Source of the DNA: an uncultured Candidatus Peribacteria bacterium
GTDB lineage: Bacteria; Patescibacteriota; Gracilibacteria; UBA1369; 2-02-FULL-48-14
Direction of reading: 5' to 3'
Length of the DNA stretch: 64,000 nucleotides
Assembly: GCA_964516995.1 (NCBI GenBank)
Contig: CAZFAV010000003.1
Coordinates: 530 to 64,529, forward strand
In this document: piece after piece, positions 27,279-36,378 of the stretch
Layout of the letters: each line of letters starts with the position of its first letter
How positions within the stretch are numbered: the first letter of the stretch is position 1
Notes under the pieces: generated by a model
Databases searched by the model: none
What the model saw: the letters and a program-made list of their open reading frames with translations, nothing else
What the model was told of the DNA's origin: nothing
Made by a program: the position numbers and the translations under genes

Positions 27279-28016
27279 ATGAGAAAAATCGCGCAGATAT
27301 TAATGAATAATGGCTTCGAACACAAGGAGGCCATCGTTTATTTGTGTGTATTAGAAATGGGAGAACTCCCTGTTTCCAGGATAGCCCTCAAAACCAACCT
27401 TAAACGCAGTACTACGTATACCATAGTAGAAAGTCTTCATCGAAAGGGTTATGTTTCTGTGAATATTCATAAAGGGATGCAATACGTCTCTGCAATCTCA
27501 CCACAAGTTCTTATCGACAGTTTTAAACGTTCTGCTGGAATGGCGGAAGAGATTTTGCCTGAACTCATCAACATCGCCTACGCCTCACCCTTCAAACCTC
27601 GCATTCGCTTCTTTGAAGGTTTAGAGGGGATTAAACAGGTTTTAAGAGAGTTCTCTCATTCCAAAACACGAACCATGGGATTCAGCGACTATAGAGACAT
27701 GCCTGAAAATCTACTCGACTTCATTCGCGGCGAAGTCATCCCACAAAGAAAGAAAAACAAGAATAGGGCGCAATTCATTGTCCCCAATAATGAAAAAAAC
27801 CAAAAAATTCAAGAAGAAGATGCTAAATACTACACTGAGCACAAATTGGTAAACTTCCCTTCGCCTACAAATCCCATCGAACTTTTAATCTTCGGAGAAA
27901 GTGAAATCGCTTTCCTTTCTTACACAAAAGGAGAACAATTTGGAGTGATCATTGATTCTGCCTCCATACACGATACTCTCCAAAATATCTTCCTTCTGAT
28001 CTGGAGCTTAAAATAA
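27279..28016 (+). CDS. TrmB-family winged-helix transcriptional regulator
   Basis: The N-terminal wHTH (IVYLCVLEMGELPVSRIALKTNLKRSTTYTIVESLHRKGYV) plus a C-terminal effector-like domain are typical of TrmB-like proteins. Confidence 0.7.
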   Translation: MRKIAQILMNNGFEHKEAIVYLCVLEMGELPVSRIALKTNLKRSTTYTIVESLHRKGYVSVNIHKGMQYVSAISPQVLIDSFKRSAGMAEEILPELINIAYASPFKPRIRFFEGLEGIKQVLREFSHSKTRTMGFSDYRDMPENLLDFIRGEVIPQRKKNKNRAQFIVPNNEKNQKIQEEDAKYYTEHKLVNFPSPTNPIELLIFGESEIAFLSYTKGEQFGVIIDSASIHDTLQNIFLLIWSLK

Positions 28017-28177
28017 ATGTTAGAAAATAAAATGTCGAAACTGGCAAACTGTCAGACTTTTTGACAACAGGAAATCACCCTTCAGCCCTTTACAAATTTC
28101 AAAAAAGTTAGAATATTAGGTTCAACGTGCGCATCAAAACAAGAAGCGCCTCGTCAAGCCCCTAATCCCCTGTCAAA

Positions 28178-29254
28178 ATGGTTAACACGAATTTCACCTT
28201 TGATCGCAAGCTCAGCCCTCAAGAGCTGCAGTTGCACGATCTGGTGGAGAACCTCCTCATCGTGCTTTCTGACAAAGAAAAGTACATCATTAAGAATCGC
28301 TTTGCCCTTCATACCGACAAGCGGCTCACCTTGGAAGAGATTGGCCAACACTTTGGCGTGACTCGAGAAAGAGTGCGTCAAATTGAAAAAACGGCACTCC
28401 GAAAACTGGAGCGTAATGCGCAAAATACCAATATTAAGATCCTCACCGAGTTTGCCAAAGCTCTCCTCCAAAAAGAAGGGGGTATCGCTTCTGACGATCA
28501 ATTCAAAGGTCTCCTTCTAAAAATCCTCCCCAACGTTACCGCTCAAGAAATTCAAGATCTTCATTTAGCGCTCACTTTGGATGGAGACATTGTTTTTGAA
28601 TCTAACACTCTCAAGACGCACCCTTACTGGCGACTTACCGAGTTTGATGCCAAAGCCATCGACCATGTGGGTTCCACCGCCACCAAACTGCTCACCCGCA
28701 GCAAGCACGTGACTCCACTAGACAAGCTCACCGAAAAAATCAATGAGACCCTAAAGAGCTCCTACCCAGAACACACCATTTCCAACCTCCTTCACATCAT
28801 AAAGGAGTGCAAGTTTACCGATCAAGGTGTGGGGCTCTACACCTGGCGTCACATCCATCCACGCACTCTACGAGATAAAATCTTCTTCATTTTAAATCAC
28901 GAAAAGAAACCACTTCACTTTGAAAAAATTGCTCAACTGATCCGCGATTCTGAATTTGATCATAAGCGTGTGAATATCCAAGCGGTTCACAACGAACTCA
29001 TCCGTAACGACAACTTCATTCTCATTGGACGTGGGATCTACGCACTCAAAGAATGGGGGTACAAAACCGGTACCGTAGCAGAAGTGATCAGCGAAATCCT
29101 ATCCGACGGCACTCCCCGCAGTCGTGAAGAAATCACCAAGGCCGTTCTGGATCAACGCCACGTGAAGACCATCACCATTTATCTCAACCTCAAAAACAAG
29201 AGCCAATTCGCTCGTGTGGGTCGTGACAAATACACCCTCAAGCAGTTCGCCTAG
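28178..29254 (+). CDS. sigma-70 region 4 domain protein fused to two HARE-HTH-like modules
   Basis: LSDKEKYIIKNRF...LTLEEIGQHFGVTRERVRQIEKTALRKL matches sigma region 4. The C-terminal repeats (LIGRGIYALKEWGY and ARVGRDKYTLK) resemble HARE-HTH. Regions 2 and 3 are absent. Confidence 0.7.
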   Translation: MVNTNFTFDRKLSPQELQLHDLVENLLIVLSDKEKYIIKNRFALHTDKRLTLEEIGQHFGVTRERVRQIEKTALRKLERNAQNTNIKILTEFAKALLQKEGGIASDDQFKGLLLKILPNVTAQEIQDLHLALTLDGDIVFESNTLKTHPYWRLTEFDAKAIDHVGSTATKLLTRSKHVTPLDKLTEKINETLKSSYPEHTISNLLHIIKECKFTDQGVGLYTWRHIHPRTLRDKIFFILNHEKKPLHFEKIAQLIRDSEFDHKRVNIQAVHNELIRNDNFILIGRGIYALKEWGYKTGTVAEVISEILSDGTPRSREEITKAVLDQRHVKTITIYLNLKNKSQFARVGRDKYTLKQFA

Positions 29255-29742
29255 TCATTCCATTTAATTGAACAGCCCATCGAGTGCTCCTGCACTTCGG
29301 TGGGTTTTTCATTTTTCAAAAGTGCCTGAATAGCGGCTTCCAAACCAGAGAAAGCGCCTCGGTAAGCCAGCTGCCGGTGAGGACCGTAAACAAAAATGTC
29401 GGGAGTACATTGAGCGTCATAAGCCTTCCCCACTTCCTGAGTATCGTCTATCAAATAATCGAACTCTTGTCCCCGTGAAGCAGCATATTCCTTCATCTTC
29501 TCAAAAGAATCTTCTGGATATGCGGGATTGCCTCCGTTGGAGTTAATACCCACAAATTCTACCTCTTTAGGCATACGTTTTTCTAAAGTCACCAAGTCAT
29601 CCCAGATTTTTTGGACATAGGGGCAGTGATTACACATAAAAACAATCACCAAAACTGGTGCTTCATAAGAAGAAAGGGCATGCCACTCTTCATCAATGCC
29701 CTGCAATTTAAAATCGGGGGCAGGCGTACCCAAAGGGACCAT
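29251..29742 (-). CDS. thioredoxin-fold, peroxiredoxin-like thiol-disulfide oxidoreductase
   Basis: APDFKLQG, VLVIVFMCNHCPYV. I prefer the start at MVPLG (29742), which abuts the stop of the upstream gene. Confidence 0.7.
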   Translation of the reverse strand: MVPLGTPAPDFKLQGIDEEWHALSSYEAPVLVIVFMCNHCPYVQKIWDDLVTLEKRMPKEVEFVGINSNGGNPAYPEDSFEKMKEYAASRGQEFDYLIDDTQEVGKAYDAQCTPDIFVYGPHRQLAYRGAFSGLEAAIQALLKNEKPTEVQEHSMGCSIKWND

Positions 29743-29743
29743 T

Positions 29744-31039
29744 TTAGAAGAAAGCAAAACCATAAGTGTTGGGCAAAAGCACAAAAATAATAGCGAAACC
29801 CACGACAATCATAAAGAACATAGAAAGTAAGATTCGTACTCCCACCTCATGTGAGCCAAAAAAGAGTACAATTAGAGCCTTAGACAAGGTATTGGTCATA
29901 GCGGCAATGGTCACTCCGATGGCGGCTGTATTAGGAGAAATACTGCCCATTGTAGAAAGGTTGGACATAGAAATAGAAATGGCATCTACATCCACTATTC
30001 CAGAAAGAAATGCCGTTAGATAAATCCCATTGCTACCAAAATAAGTCACTGCAAACTTAGAAATAAAGACCATGGCCGCAAAGAAGAGACCAAATTTAAG
30101 GGCTGATGTGAGCTGAAATGGGCTATGCAAGTGAAGCGACTCTACAGAAACCGACTTCATAGGTTGGCCCCCTTTTTTAAACCAATAATAAGCACAAAGA
30201 ATAAAACCGGTGAAAGCCATTCCCAAGAGAGGTTTGTTCACATAAGGCACCAAATCCGGATTGAGCACCGACAGAGTGAGCAAGACGCGGATAAACATCG
30301 CCGAAGAGGCGATCAAAATAGCAAAAATAAACGGATTTACTACTTTTTCATTCCTTTTGCTGAGTTCAGAAAAACTCATAGAAACAGCCGTGGAAGAAAT
30401 AAATCCGCCCAGGAAACCGCTGAGGCCTATCCCCTTTTTAGGACCTACCAGTTTTATGGCAACGTAACTGGCAAAAGAGATGGAGGAAATGAGCACCACT
30501 ACCAGCCAAATCTCGTAGGGGTTAAGTACGTTTAGAGGGCCAAAAGTGGCATTAGGTGCCAATGGCAGAACCACAAAAACCACTACGATAAATTTAATCG
30601 TATCATAAAACTCTTCCTTCCCCACCTGATGAGCGAAGCGATGTAAAGGTGCTTTAAAGTATAAAATGAGGACTACGAGCAGAGTAATGATGGTGGCAAA
30701 AAACTCCTGATCCATTCCCACTAAAATTCCAATAAAATAGGCAAAAAACCCAGCGATTTCGGTAGTAGCACCTGAATTTTTATTCTGATAAGAGGACATC
30801 ACATACGATGCCACCAAGAGGAGTAAGTACGCTCCTGTAAAAAGCGCGAACAAAAGCGGATCTTGAGAAAATACGCTATAAACCAAAAAACCCAAGACGG
30901 AAACCAAAGCCATGGTTCTGATCCCACCAAACTCGTGGGGCAAAGATTCCTGATGGTTTCTTTCCCTCTCCAAACCTATTAAGCTGCCCATCAGCAAAGC
31001 TAAGCCGAGGTGTTGTAAGAAAAGAAGACTGGGTGTCAT
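29744..31039 (-). CDS. MgtC/SapB-family membrane protein with DUF4010-like C-terminal half
   Basis: N-terminal MgtC signature (LLMGSLIGLERE) and about 10 TM helices. Confidence 0.75.
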   Translation of the reverse strand: MTPSLLFLQHLGLALLMGSLIGLERERNHQESLPHEFGGIRTMALVSVLGFLVYSVFSQDPLLFALFTGAYLLLLVASYVMSSYQNKNSGATTEIAGFFAYFIGILVGMDQEFFATIITLLVVLILYFKAPLHRFAHQVGKEEFYDTIKFIVVVFVVLPLAPNATFGPLNVLNPYEIWLVVVLISSISFASYVAIKLVGPKKGIGLSGFLGGFISSTAVSMSFSELSKRNEKVVNPFIFAILIASSAMFIRVLLTLSVLNPDLVPYVNKPLLGMAFTGFILCAYYWFKKGGQPMKSVSVESLHLHSPFQLTSALKFGLFFAAMVFISKFAVTYFGSNGIYLTAFLSGIVDVDAISISMSNLSTMGSISPNTAAIGVTIAAMTNTLSKALIVLFFGSHEVGVRILLSMFFMIVVGFAIIFVLLPNTYGFAFF

Positions 31040-31115
31040 AACCGATTGCGTGTACTTTCATCATAGAAAAAACTTGTGCTCTGCGCAAGATTCGCTAGAA
31101 TGCGTGGGCACTCAT

Positions 31116-31204
31116 GCGCAGGTGGCGAAATTGGCAGACGCACTACCTTGAGGTGGTAGCTCCCTTTACCGGGATTGGAGGTTCAAGTCCTCTCCTGCGC
31201 ACCA
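31116..31204 (+). tRNA. tRNA-Leu (anticodon GAG), CCA encoded
   Basis: Manual cloverleaf: acceptor GCGCAGG/CCTGCGC, anticodon stem CTACC/GGTAG with loop TTGAGGT, a long variable arm, and T-loop TTCAAGT. Confidence 0.9.
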
Positions 31205-31225
31205 TTGATAAAAGATAGGAAAAAC

Positions 31226-31254
31226 TGTACAATAATATGATTTGTACATTTTTT
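31226..31254 (+). terminator. intrinsic terminator after tRNA-Leu
   Basis: TGTACAA, 9 nt loop, TTGTACA, followed by TTTTTT. Confidence 0.55.
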
Positions 31255-31262
31255 AAAACTTT

Positions 31263-32264
31263 ATGGATAGAAGTCTAGACGAACCTGGAGGTAAAAACAG
31301 AGAAAGACAGCGACTTTTAATGGGAGAAGTACTTCAACTGGCTGCTGAAGACCCCGCTTTCGCTACAGAGCTTGTAGCAGCTTTAACAGAGCAAATGCGA
31401 AGGGGGCCCGTTGGATCAGAGAGTGATGTTAGCAATGTAGTTGCAGGTACCCGATCCGATCTCACTGTAGGAGCTGAAATCGCAGGCTTTGCCACCGCAG
31501 CGGACATCCCCGTCGCCTGGTTAAAAGAAGGGAGAGATGAAGAAAAACAAATGAAAGTCACAGATTTGGGGGACGGTAGGCTCAAAGTACGGCGTAATGC
31601 CAATTTCTTTCACGGTTTGGGAACTCCTCATTGGGGGACCGAAGAGGGAAAATTCATAGTGAGAGGAGATAAGCTCGTCCTCGTGGAAGGTACCCGTAAA
31701 CCAGGGTTCAGTACATCTACTGGAATCTTTAGTGATAAAACCGGTAACTTAGTAAAAGGCAGTATGGAAAGTGATGGAATAAAGTATTCAGGTGATTTTG
31801 AAGAAGATTCAGGGTATCTAAGTAAAGGAGCAGTTTGCCTCCCTAGTGGACTTATTTTTGAAGGGGAATTTACAAAGGATGGGTTTGGGAGTCCTGAGCC
31901 AAAACTCAAAAGTCTGCTTAAAATATCCAGAAACGGTCAAGTCATTGTTGAAGGGACTGTCGAGCCTGGGGGCCTATTAAATGGGAAAGGAGTAACTGAA
32001 GGGTATGAATTGAGCGGTATTTTTGAATATGGCCGGATGGGAGCTAGCGTTCTAGGAGCAACTTTCATTGGAAAATCGGACAAGCCCGCACTCAGTGGTT
32101 TAAGCGCTCAAGTAAAATGTGCAGATTGGACTCTAACAATAAATCGTAGCCTGAGTGGCTCACACGGAAGGGAGTTCGAGGGAGTAAAAGAGCATACTGA
32201 CGGTAGGAAAGAAGAGGGTAGATTCTACGGGCTCGTTATTCAAGGCTTCGATCTAATCAAATAA
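31263..32264 (+). CDS. hypothetical protein with MORN-like Gly/aromatic repeats
   Basis: 333 aa. The central region has repeated G.F..G / Y.G.F..D.G patterns (IKYSGDFEEDSGY, LIFEGEFTKDGFG). Weak family guess only. Confidence 0.5.
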   Translation: MDRSLDEPGGKNRERQRLLMGEVLQLAAEDPAFATELVAALTEQMRRGPVGSESDVSNVVAGTRSDLTVGAEIAGFATAADIPVAWLKEGRDEEKQMKVTDLGDGRLKVRRNANFFHGLGTPHWGTEEGKFIVRGDKLVLVEGTRKPGFSTSTGIFSDKTGNLVKGSMESDGIKYSGDFEEDSGYLSKGAVCLPSGLIFEGEFTKDGFGSPEPKLKSLLKISRNGQVIVEGTVEPGGLLNGKGVTEGYELSGIFEYGRMGASVLGATFIGKSDKPALSGLSAQVKCADWTLTINRSLSGSHGREFEGVKEHTDGRKEEGRFYGLVIQGFDLIK

Positions 32265-32327
32265 GCACATCAAATAATTTAATATTGACGCTCAGGTCAT
32301 TCGCCTCTAGTATCCACTGGCAGTTTA

Positions 32328-32404
32328 GGGCGCTTAGCTCAGTTGGCTAGAGCATCTCGTTTACACCGAGAGGGTCGGGGGTTCGAATCCCTCAGCGCCC
32401 ACCA
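32328..32404 (+). tRNA. tRNA-Val (anticodon TAC), CCA encoded
   Basis: Manual cloverleaf: acceptor GGGCGCT/AGCGCCC, anticodon stem TCTCG/CGAGA with loop TTTACAC, and T-loop TTCGAAT. Confidence 0.9.
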
Positions 32405-32739
32405 TCATTAAAATCTAACGTATCGGAAAGCGATCCGTAACATTGCTATACCACACCTGTTCTGTGGATCTACAAACCCTAGCAACGCCATGGGAAAGAT
32501 CACCCCACCTACGGCGCAAGGGTCCTGCATGAGGAGACGGATGACCCACCTCATTACTGCCATGCAGAGCATGAGCAATGCCTTCGGCTACACTTTCTCC
32601 AATCGAGAAAAGGGCACCCACTCGATCAGCACATCGACGAGGAAGTGAATGTTTAGGCTCAGAAAGCAAGGGGACTCGGTCCATAAACGGAAAGTGAGGT
32701 TGTAGGACAGATAAAGTAAAATAGAAGCACAAATAAGTC
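32405..32739. ncRNA. unassigned candidate structured RNA (or decayed ORF)
   Basis: A ~335 nt gap between tRNA-Val and the htrA terminator. It holds several strong local hairpins. Its only ORF (108 aa, minus strand) has a non-protein-like composition. A possible minus-strand promoter TTGACT-17-TACTTT lies at 32709-32737. Confidence 0.2.
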
Positions 32740-32773
32740 AAGATAGAGTCTCCCCGAAGAAAGACTCTATCTT
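32740..32773 (-). terminator. intrinsic terminator after htrA (possibly bidirectional)
   Basis: Perfect 12-bp stem AAGATAGAGTCT/AGACTCTATCTT with a 10 nt loop, 14 nt past the htrA stop. The minus-strand tail is T-rich. Confidence 0.5.
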
Positions 32774-32787
32774 TAAGATTAAATCAA

Positions 32788-34008
32788 TTATTTAGTAGTT
32801 GAGGGCGCTTCCTCCAGGGTCACCTGAAGTTGAAGTTCCTTCCCATCACGATGAACGGTGAGAACAACCGTATCCCCCACCTGATGACTAGAAATGGCAT
32901 TCTGCAAAGAAAATTCTTCGGTGAGATCGGTTCCATCCACAGAAAGAATCACATCCCCATCTTTAAGTCCTGCTTTCTCAGCGGGGCTATCAGGCACCAC
33001 ACCCGGTCCGGCATCCACATCTCCAATCACATAGGCCCCGTGATCCACATCTAGCTTAAAGTGTTGAATTAAGGTCTCAGTGACAGGGACATAGCGAACC
33101 CCCACATAAGGGGTTACGATATGCCCATTTTCTTGATAAGACTTCACCACGGGTTCAATATCGGATGAAGGAAGAGCAAAACCAATACCACTAGCGGTGG
33201 TGTCAATGGCCGTATTCATTCCCACTACTTCTCCATTTAAATTAAGCAAAGGTCCACCGCTGTTACCAGGATTAATGGCAGCGTCAGTCTGGATGAGATT
33301 GACTAAGTTTTCAGCGCCTTGACCACCCCCACTCGCCACAATTTGACGATCAGTAGCAGAAATAATACCTACCGTAGTCGTATTGGAATATTCACCCAAG
33401 GCATTTCCAATCGCGACCACCGGATCACCGACGTTCATAGCTTCTGAATCTCCAAACGTGAGCGTGGGCAAACTTCCCACTCGCTCGTCATCATCTGTAA
33501 TCTGAACAATAGCAATGTCGTTGAGGCTATCTTTTGCCACCACTTTGGCATCCAAAGTGGTTCCATCGTTCAAAATGACTTCATACTGAGCTGTATCATC
33601 CGAAACCACATGCTTATTGGTGACCACCAAACCGTCAGCGGTCACAATGAAGCCACTTCCGCTACTAATCTGCGAAAGTTGAGACTCTCCATCTGAATTG
33701 CTTTCTGGAGCTTGCTGCTGAGGCATTCCAAAAAATTGGAAAGGGCCAAATTGCTGCATTTGATTATAGTATTCCGTCAGGTCTTTGAGAGCTACTACAG
33801 AGACCACTGCAGGGGCAGCCTTGTCGTAAACTTCCTTATAAGAACCGTTTTCAAAGTTGACGATGGTTTGGCCAGTGCTTTGCTGTAACGAATGACTATC
33901 TTCATAAGTGAGGACAGCCCACGTAGTAAGACCCCCTCCAAGGGCGCCAAAAAACAGGCTACCTAGAGATGCTAACAGGGTAATTTTTTTGATAAGAGAC
34001 GTTTCCAT
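32788..34008 (-). CDS. htrA: HtrA/DegP-family serine protease with PDZ domain
   Basis: N-terminal TM, catalytic-triad context (TNKHVV, DIAIV, GNSGGPLLN) and a C-terminal PDZ (GLKDGDVILSVDG). Confidence 0.9.
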   Translation of the reverse strand: METSLIKKITLLASLGSLFFGALGGGLTTWAVLTYEDSHSLQQSTGQTIVNFENGSYKEVYDKAAPAVVSVVALKDLTEYYNQMQQFGPFQFFGMPQQQAPESNSDGESQLSQISSGSGFIVTADGLVVTNKHVVSDDTAQYEVILNDGTTLDAKVVAKDSLNDIAIVQITDDDERVGSLPTLTFGDSEAMNVGDPVVAIGNALGEYSNTTTVGIISATDRQIVASGGGQGAENLVNLIQTDAAINPGNSGGPLLNLNGEVVGMNTAIDTTASGIGFALPSSDIEPVVKSYQENGHIVTPYVGVRYVPVTETLIQHFKLDVDHGAYVIGDVDAGPGVVPDSPAEKAGLKDGDVILSVDGTDLTEEFSLQNAISSHQVGDTVVLTVHRDGKELQLQVTLEEAPSTTK

Positions 34009-34116
34009 AACTTTTATATGAATAAATTTTAAGAGCGGCGTGGTGGCAAAATCTTACACCTTTTTTTGGCTTTACAAAAGATAGCTCTCTCCGGCAAACT
34101 GAAGACGATTTCCATT

Positions 34117-34671
34117 ATGAAACACGCTCTACGGCAGCAGCTCAAGGAGAAGCGCCGTGGCATTGCCACGGGTCTCTATGCCGAAAAGTGTAAAAAGATT
34201 AAAGAGCTTTTTCTCCATCTCAAAGAGTATGTAGAGGCTAAAAAAATCCTCTTTTATCTTTCTAAGCCCGAAGAAGTAGACACCAAAGATTTGATCGGTG
34301 CAGCCCTACTTGACGGAAAAAAAGTTTTTGTCCCACGAATAGAAGGAGACGATATATTCGTATGCCCTTTCGAAGGTTACGATCAGCTGCAAAAAGGCGA
34401 GTTTGGAGTGATGGAGCCCACTTGCACTCAAGGGGTGGATCCTCAAGAAATAGACCTGATAGTGGTGCCCGGAGTAGGCTTTGATCATCGAGGACATCGT
34501 TTGGGGCATGGAAAAGGACACTATGATCGCTTGCTCAAAAAAACTCGAGCTTATAAAGTAGGGCTCGCTTTTGAAGAACAGTTGGTACCCGAACTCCCTA
34601 CAGAAGAACACGACGTACCCGTAGATGCTCTCCTCACTGGATCCAACCTTCTCTACTTCAAACATTCTTAA
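34117..34671 (+). CDS. 5-formyltetrahydrofolate cyclo-ligase
   Basis: LR..L...R, VVPGVGFD..G.RLG.G.G.YDR motif. I prefer the ATG at 34117 over the upstream TTG. Confidence 0.8.
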   Translation: MKHALRQQLKEKRRGIATGLYAEKCKKIKELFLHLKEYVEAKKILFYLSKPEEVDTKDLIGAALLDGKKVFVPRIEGDDIFVCPFEGYDQLQKGEFGVMEPTCTQGVDPQEIDLIVVPGVGFDHRGHRLGHGKGHYDRLLKKTRAYKVGLAFEEQLVPELPTEEHDVPVDALLTGSNLLYFKHS

Positions 34672-34683
34672 CCCCTTCTCTCC

Positions 34684-35967
34684 ATGACCGTTAATCCTGC
34701 CGTTCAGAAAAACTGGGAACTCCTCGCTCAAAACGACCCCGCTGTCTACAACGCCATTGTGGGCGAAGAGCAGCGAGAGTGCGAAGGGATCGAGCTCATC
34801 CCTTCTGAAAACTACACTTATCCAGAAGTTTTTGCGGCCAACGGCAGTGTTTTGACGAACAAGTACGCCGAAGGATACCCCGGCAAGCGCTATTACGGAG
34901 GGCAAGAATTTACTGACATTGTAGAATCCTTAGCCATTGAACGCGCCAAAAAAGTTTTCCGTTGTGAACATGCCAACGTGCAGCCACTCTCGGGTTCTCC
35001 CATGAACCAAGCCGTTTATTTGGCCTTCCTCAAACCCGGAGACACCGTGCTGGGAATGGATCTCTCTCACGGAGGCCACCTCACTCACGGACACCCTGTT
35101 TCTCACATGGGAAAGATCTTTAACTTTGTTCGCTACAAAACCCACCCAGAAAAGCAAGGTTGGATTGATCCAGAAGAAATCATGGCTCTGGCCCTCGAAC
35201 ACAAACCCAAAATCATCCTCTGTGGCTACACCTCTTATCCTCGTGATCTCGACTACAGCATATTCCGCAAAGCTGCCGATGCCGTGGGAGCCATCACCAT
35301 GGCCGACGTGGCTCACATCGGTGGACTCATTGCCGGAGGCGTGATGAGAAACCCTTTTGATTACGGTTTTGACATTGTGACCACCACCACTCACAAATCT
35401 CTTCGCGGACCCCGTGGAGGAATGATCCTCTGTAAAGCGCAATACGCCAAGGACATCGACAAATCCGTCTTCCCAGGACTCCAAGGAGGACCTCACATGC
35501 AAACGATCGCCTCCATCGCCGTGACCCTGGAAAAAGCTCTCCAACCCGAATTTAAAGAATACGCTACTCAAGTTTTGAAGAACGCTAAGGCCCTTGCAGA
35601 AACCTTGATGGCTGGAGGAGCTAAACTGATCACGGACGGTACAGACAATCACATGATGGTTGTAGATACTACTGCAGCCTTTGGAGTGGGAGGAACTGAA
35701 GCCGAAATTGCTCTAGATAAAGCTGGAATCACCTGTAACAAACAAGTGATTCCCGACGACCCCAACCCCCCCCTCAAACCTTCAGGAATTCGTCTTGGGA
35801 CACCTGCTGCCACCACCCGTGGCTTCAAGGAGGCCGAAATGAAACAAATCGGTGAATGGATGCTCGATGCTCTCAAACACTGGCAAGACGACGCCTACCT
35901 CGCAGGCATCAAGACCAAAGTGAAGGAGCTTTGTGTTAAATTCCCCGTGCCTGGAGTGAGCGCTTAA
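34684..35967 (+). CDS. glyA: serine hydroxymethyltransferase
   Basis: LIPSENY, YAEGYPGKRYYGG, and the PLP-lysine context TTTTHKSLRGPRGG. Confidence 0.95.
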   Translation: MTVNPAVQKNWELLAQNDPAVYNAIVGEEQRECEGIELIPSENYTYPEVFAANGSVLTNKYAEGYPGKRYYGGQEFTDIVESLAIERAKKVFRCEHANVQPLSGSPMNQAVYLAFLKPGDTVLGMDLSHGGHLTHGHPVSHMGKIFNFVRYKTHPEKQGWIDPEEIMALALEHKPKIILCGYTSYPRDLDYSIFRKAADAVGAITMADVAHIGGLIAGGVMRNPFDYGFDIVTTTTHKSLRGPRGGMILCKAQYAKDIDKSVFPGLQGGPHMQTIASIAVTLEKALQPEFKEYATQVLKNAKALAETLMAGGAKLITDGTDNHMMVVDTTAAFGVGGTEAEIALDKAGITCNKQVIPDDPNPPLKPSGIRLGTPAATTRGFKEAEMKQIGEWMLDALKHWQDDAYLAGIKTKVKELCVKFPVPGVSA

Positions 35968-36314
35968 CGAGGTAAAGGACGGGCACCATCTCGAACAGCA
36001 CGGACGCGATTACTTCCAGAAGTGTACCTACGGGGCGTTTCAGGGTTACAAATACCACTTACCACAAAGCCCACATCTTCAGTAAGCTGTGCTACAGTCA
36101 TAGATCCAAATCCAGAAGTGAGTGACATGATCTCTTCACGGCGAGCTCTTAAAGCGTCTGCTACATCCGCCGGAAGTGTAGCTCCTTTAAATTGAGACTT
36201 AACATTGTCTTCTAGCAAACCCACATAACGACTCGGATCAACGTTTCTTCGACTATTAGTCGGTTCAAAGTCTCCTCGTCCTTTTTTTGATGACCGGAAA
36301 GAAAGGTTACGCAT
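35964..36314 (-). CDS. hypothetical protein (116 aa)
   Basis: ORF only, with basic termini and no family. If it is not real, it leaves a 410 nt non-coding gap. Confidence 0.3.
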   Translation of the reverse strand: MRNLSFRSSKKGRGDFEPTNSRRNVDPSRYVGLLEDNVKSQFKGATLPADVADALRARREEIMSLTSGFGSMTVAQLTEDVGFVVSGICNPETPRRYTSGSNRVRAVRDGARPLPR

Positions 36315-36378
36315 TTTTTAACAGCTTAAAAGACATTATCTTAAAAAATAGTTAACATTTTGTCAAACGTTACTAGTA

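Noticed and set aside
28154-28501. 115 aa minus-strand ORF overlapping the start of the sigma-region-4 gene
   Set aside because: It is antisense to a gene with a clear conserved motif and has no features of its own.
32405-32739. Identification of this region as RNase P RNA, tmRNA or SRP RNA
   Set aside because: The minus strand has superficially similar strings in the right order (GGAGAAAGTG, GTAATGAGGTGGG, CCACAGAAC). However, the universally conserved CR-I (GGAAAGUCC) and CR-V (ACAGAA.CCGGCUUA) strings and a complementary P4 pairing are absent. There is no tRNA-like ...UCCACCA end or tag-ORF for tmRNA, and no SRP GGAA/AGCA domain IV motif. I kept it only as an unassigned candidate.
34306-35876. 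Minus-strand ORFs of 199 aa, 240 aa and 75 aa opposite the 5-formyl-THF cyclo-ligase gene and glyA
   Set aside because: They are antisense to two well-supported conserved genes and show no recognisable motifs. This is the same GC-rich antisense-frame effect.
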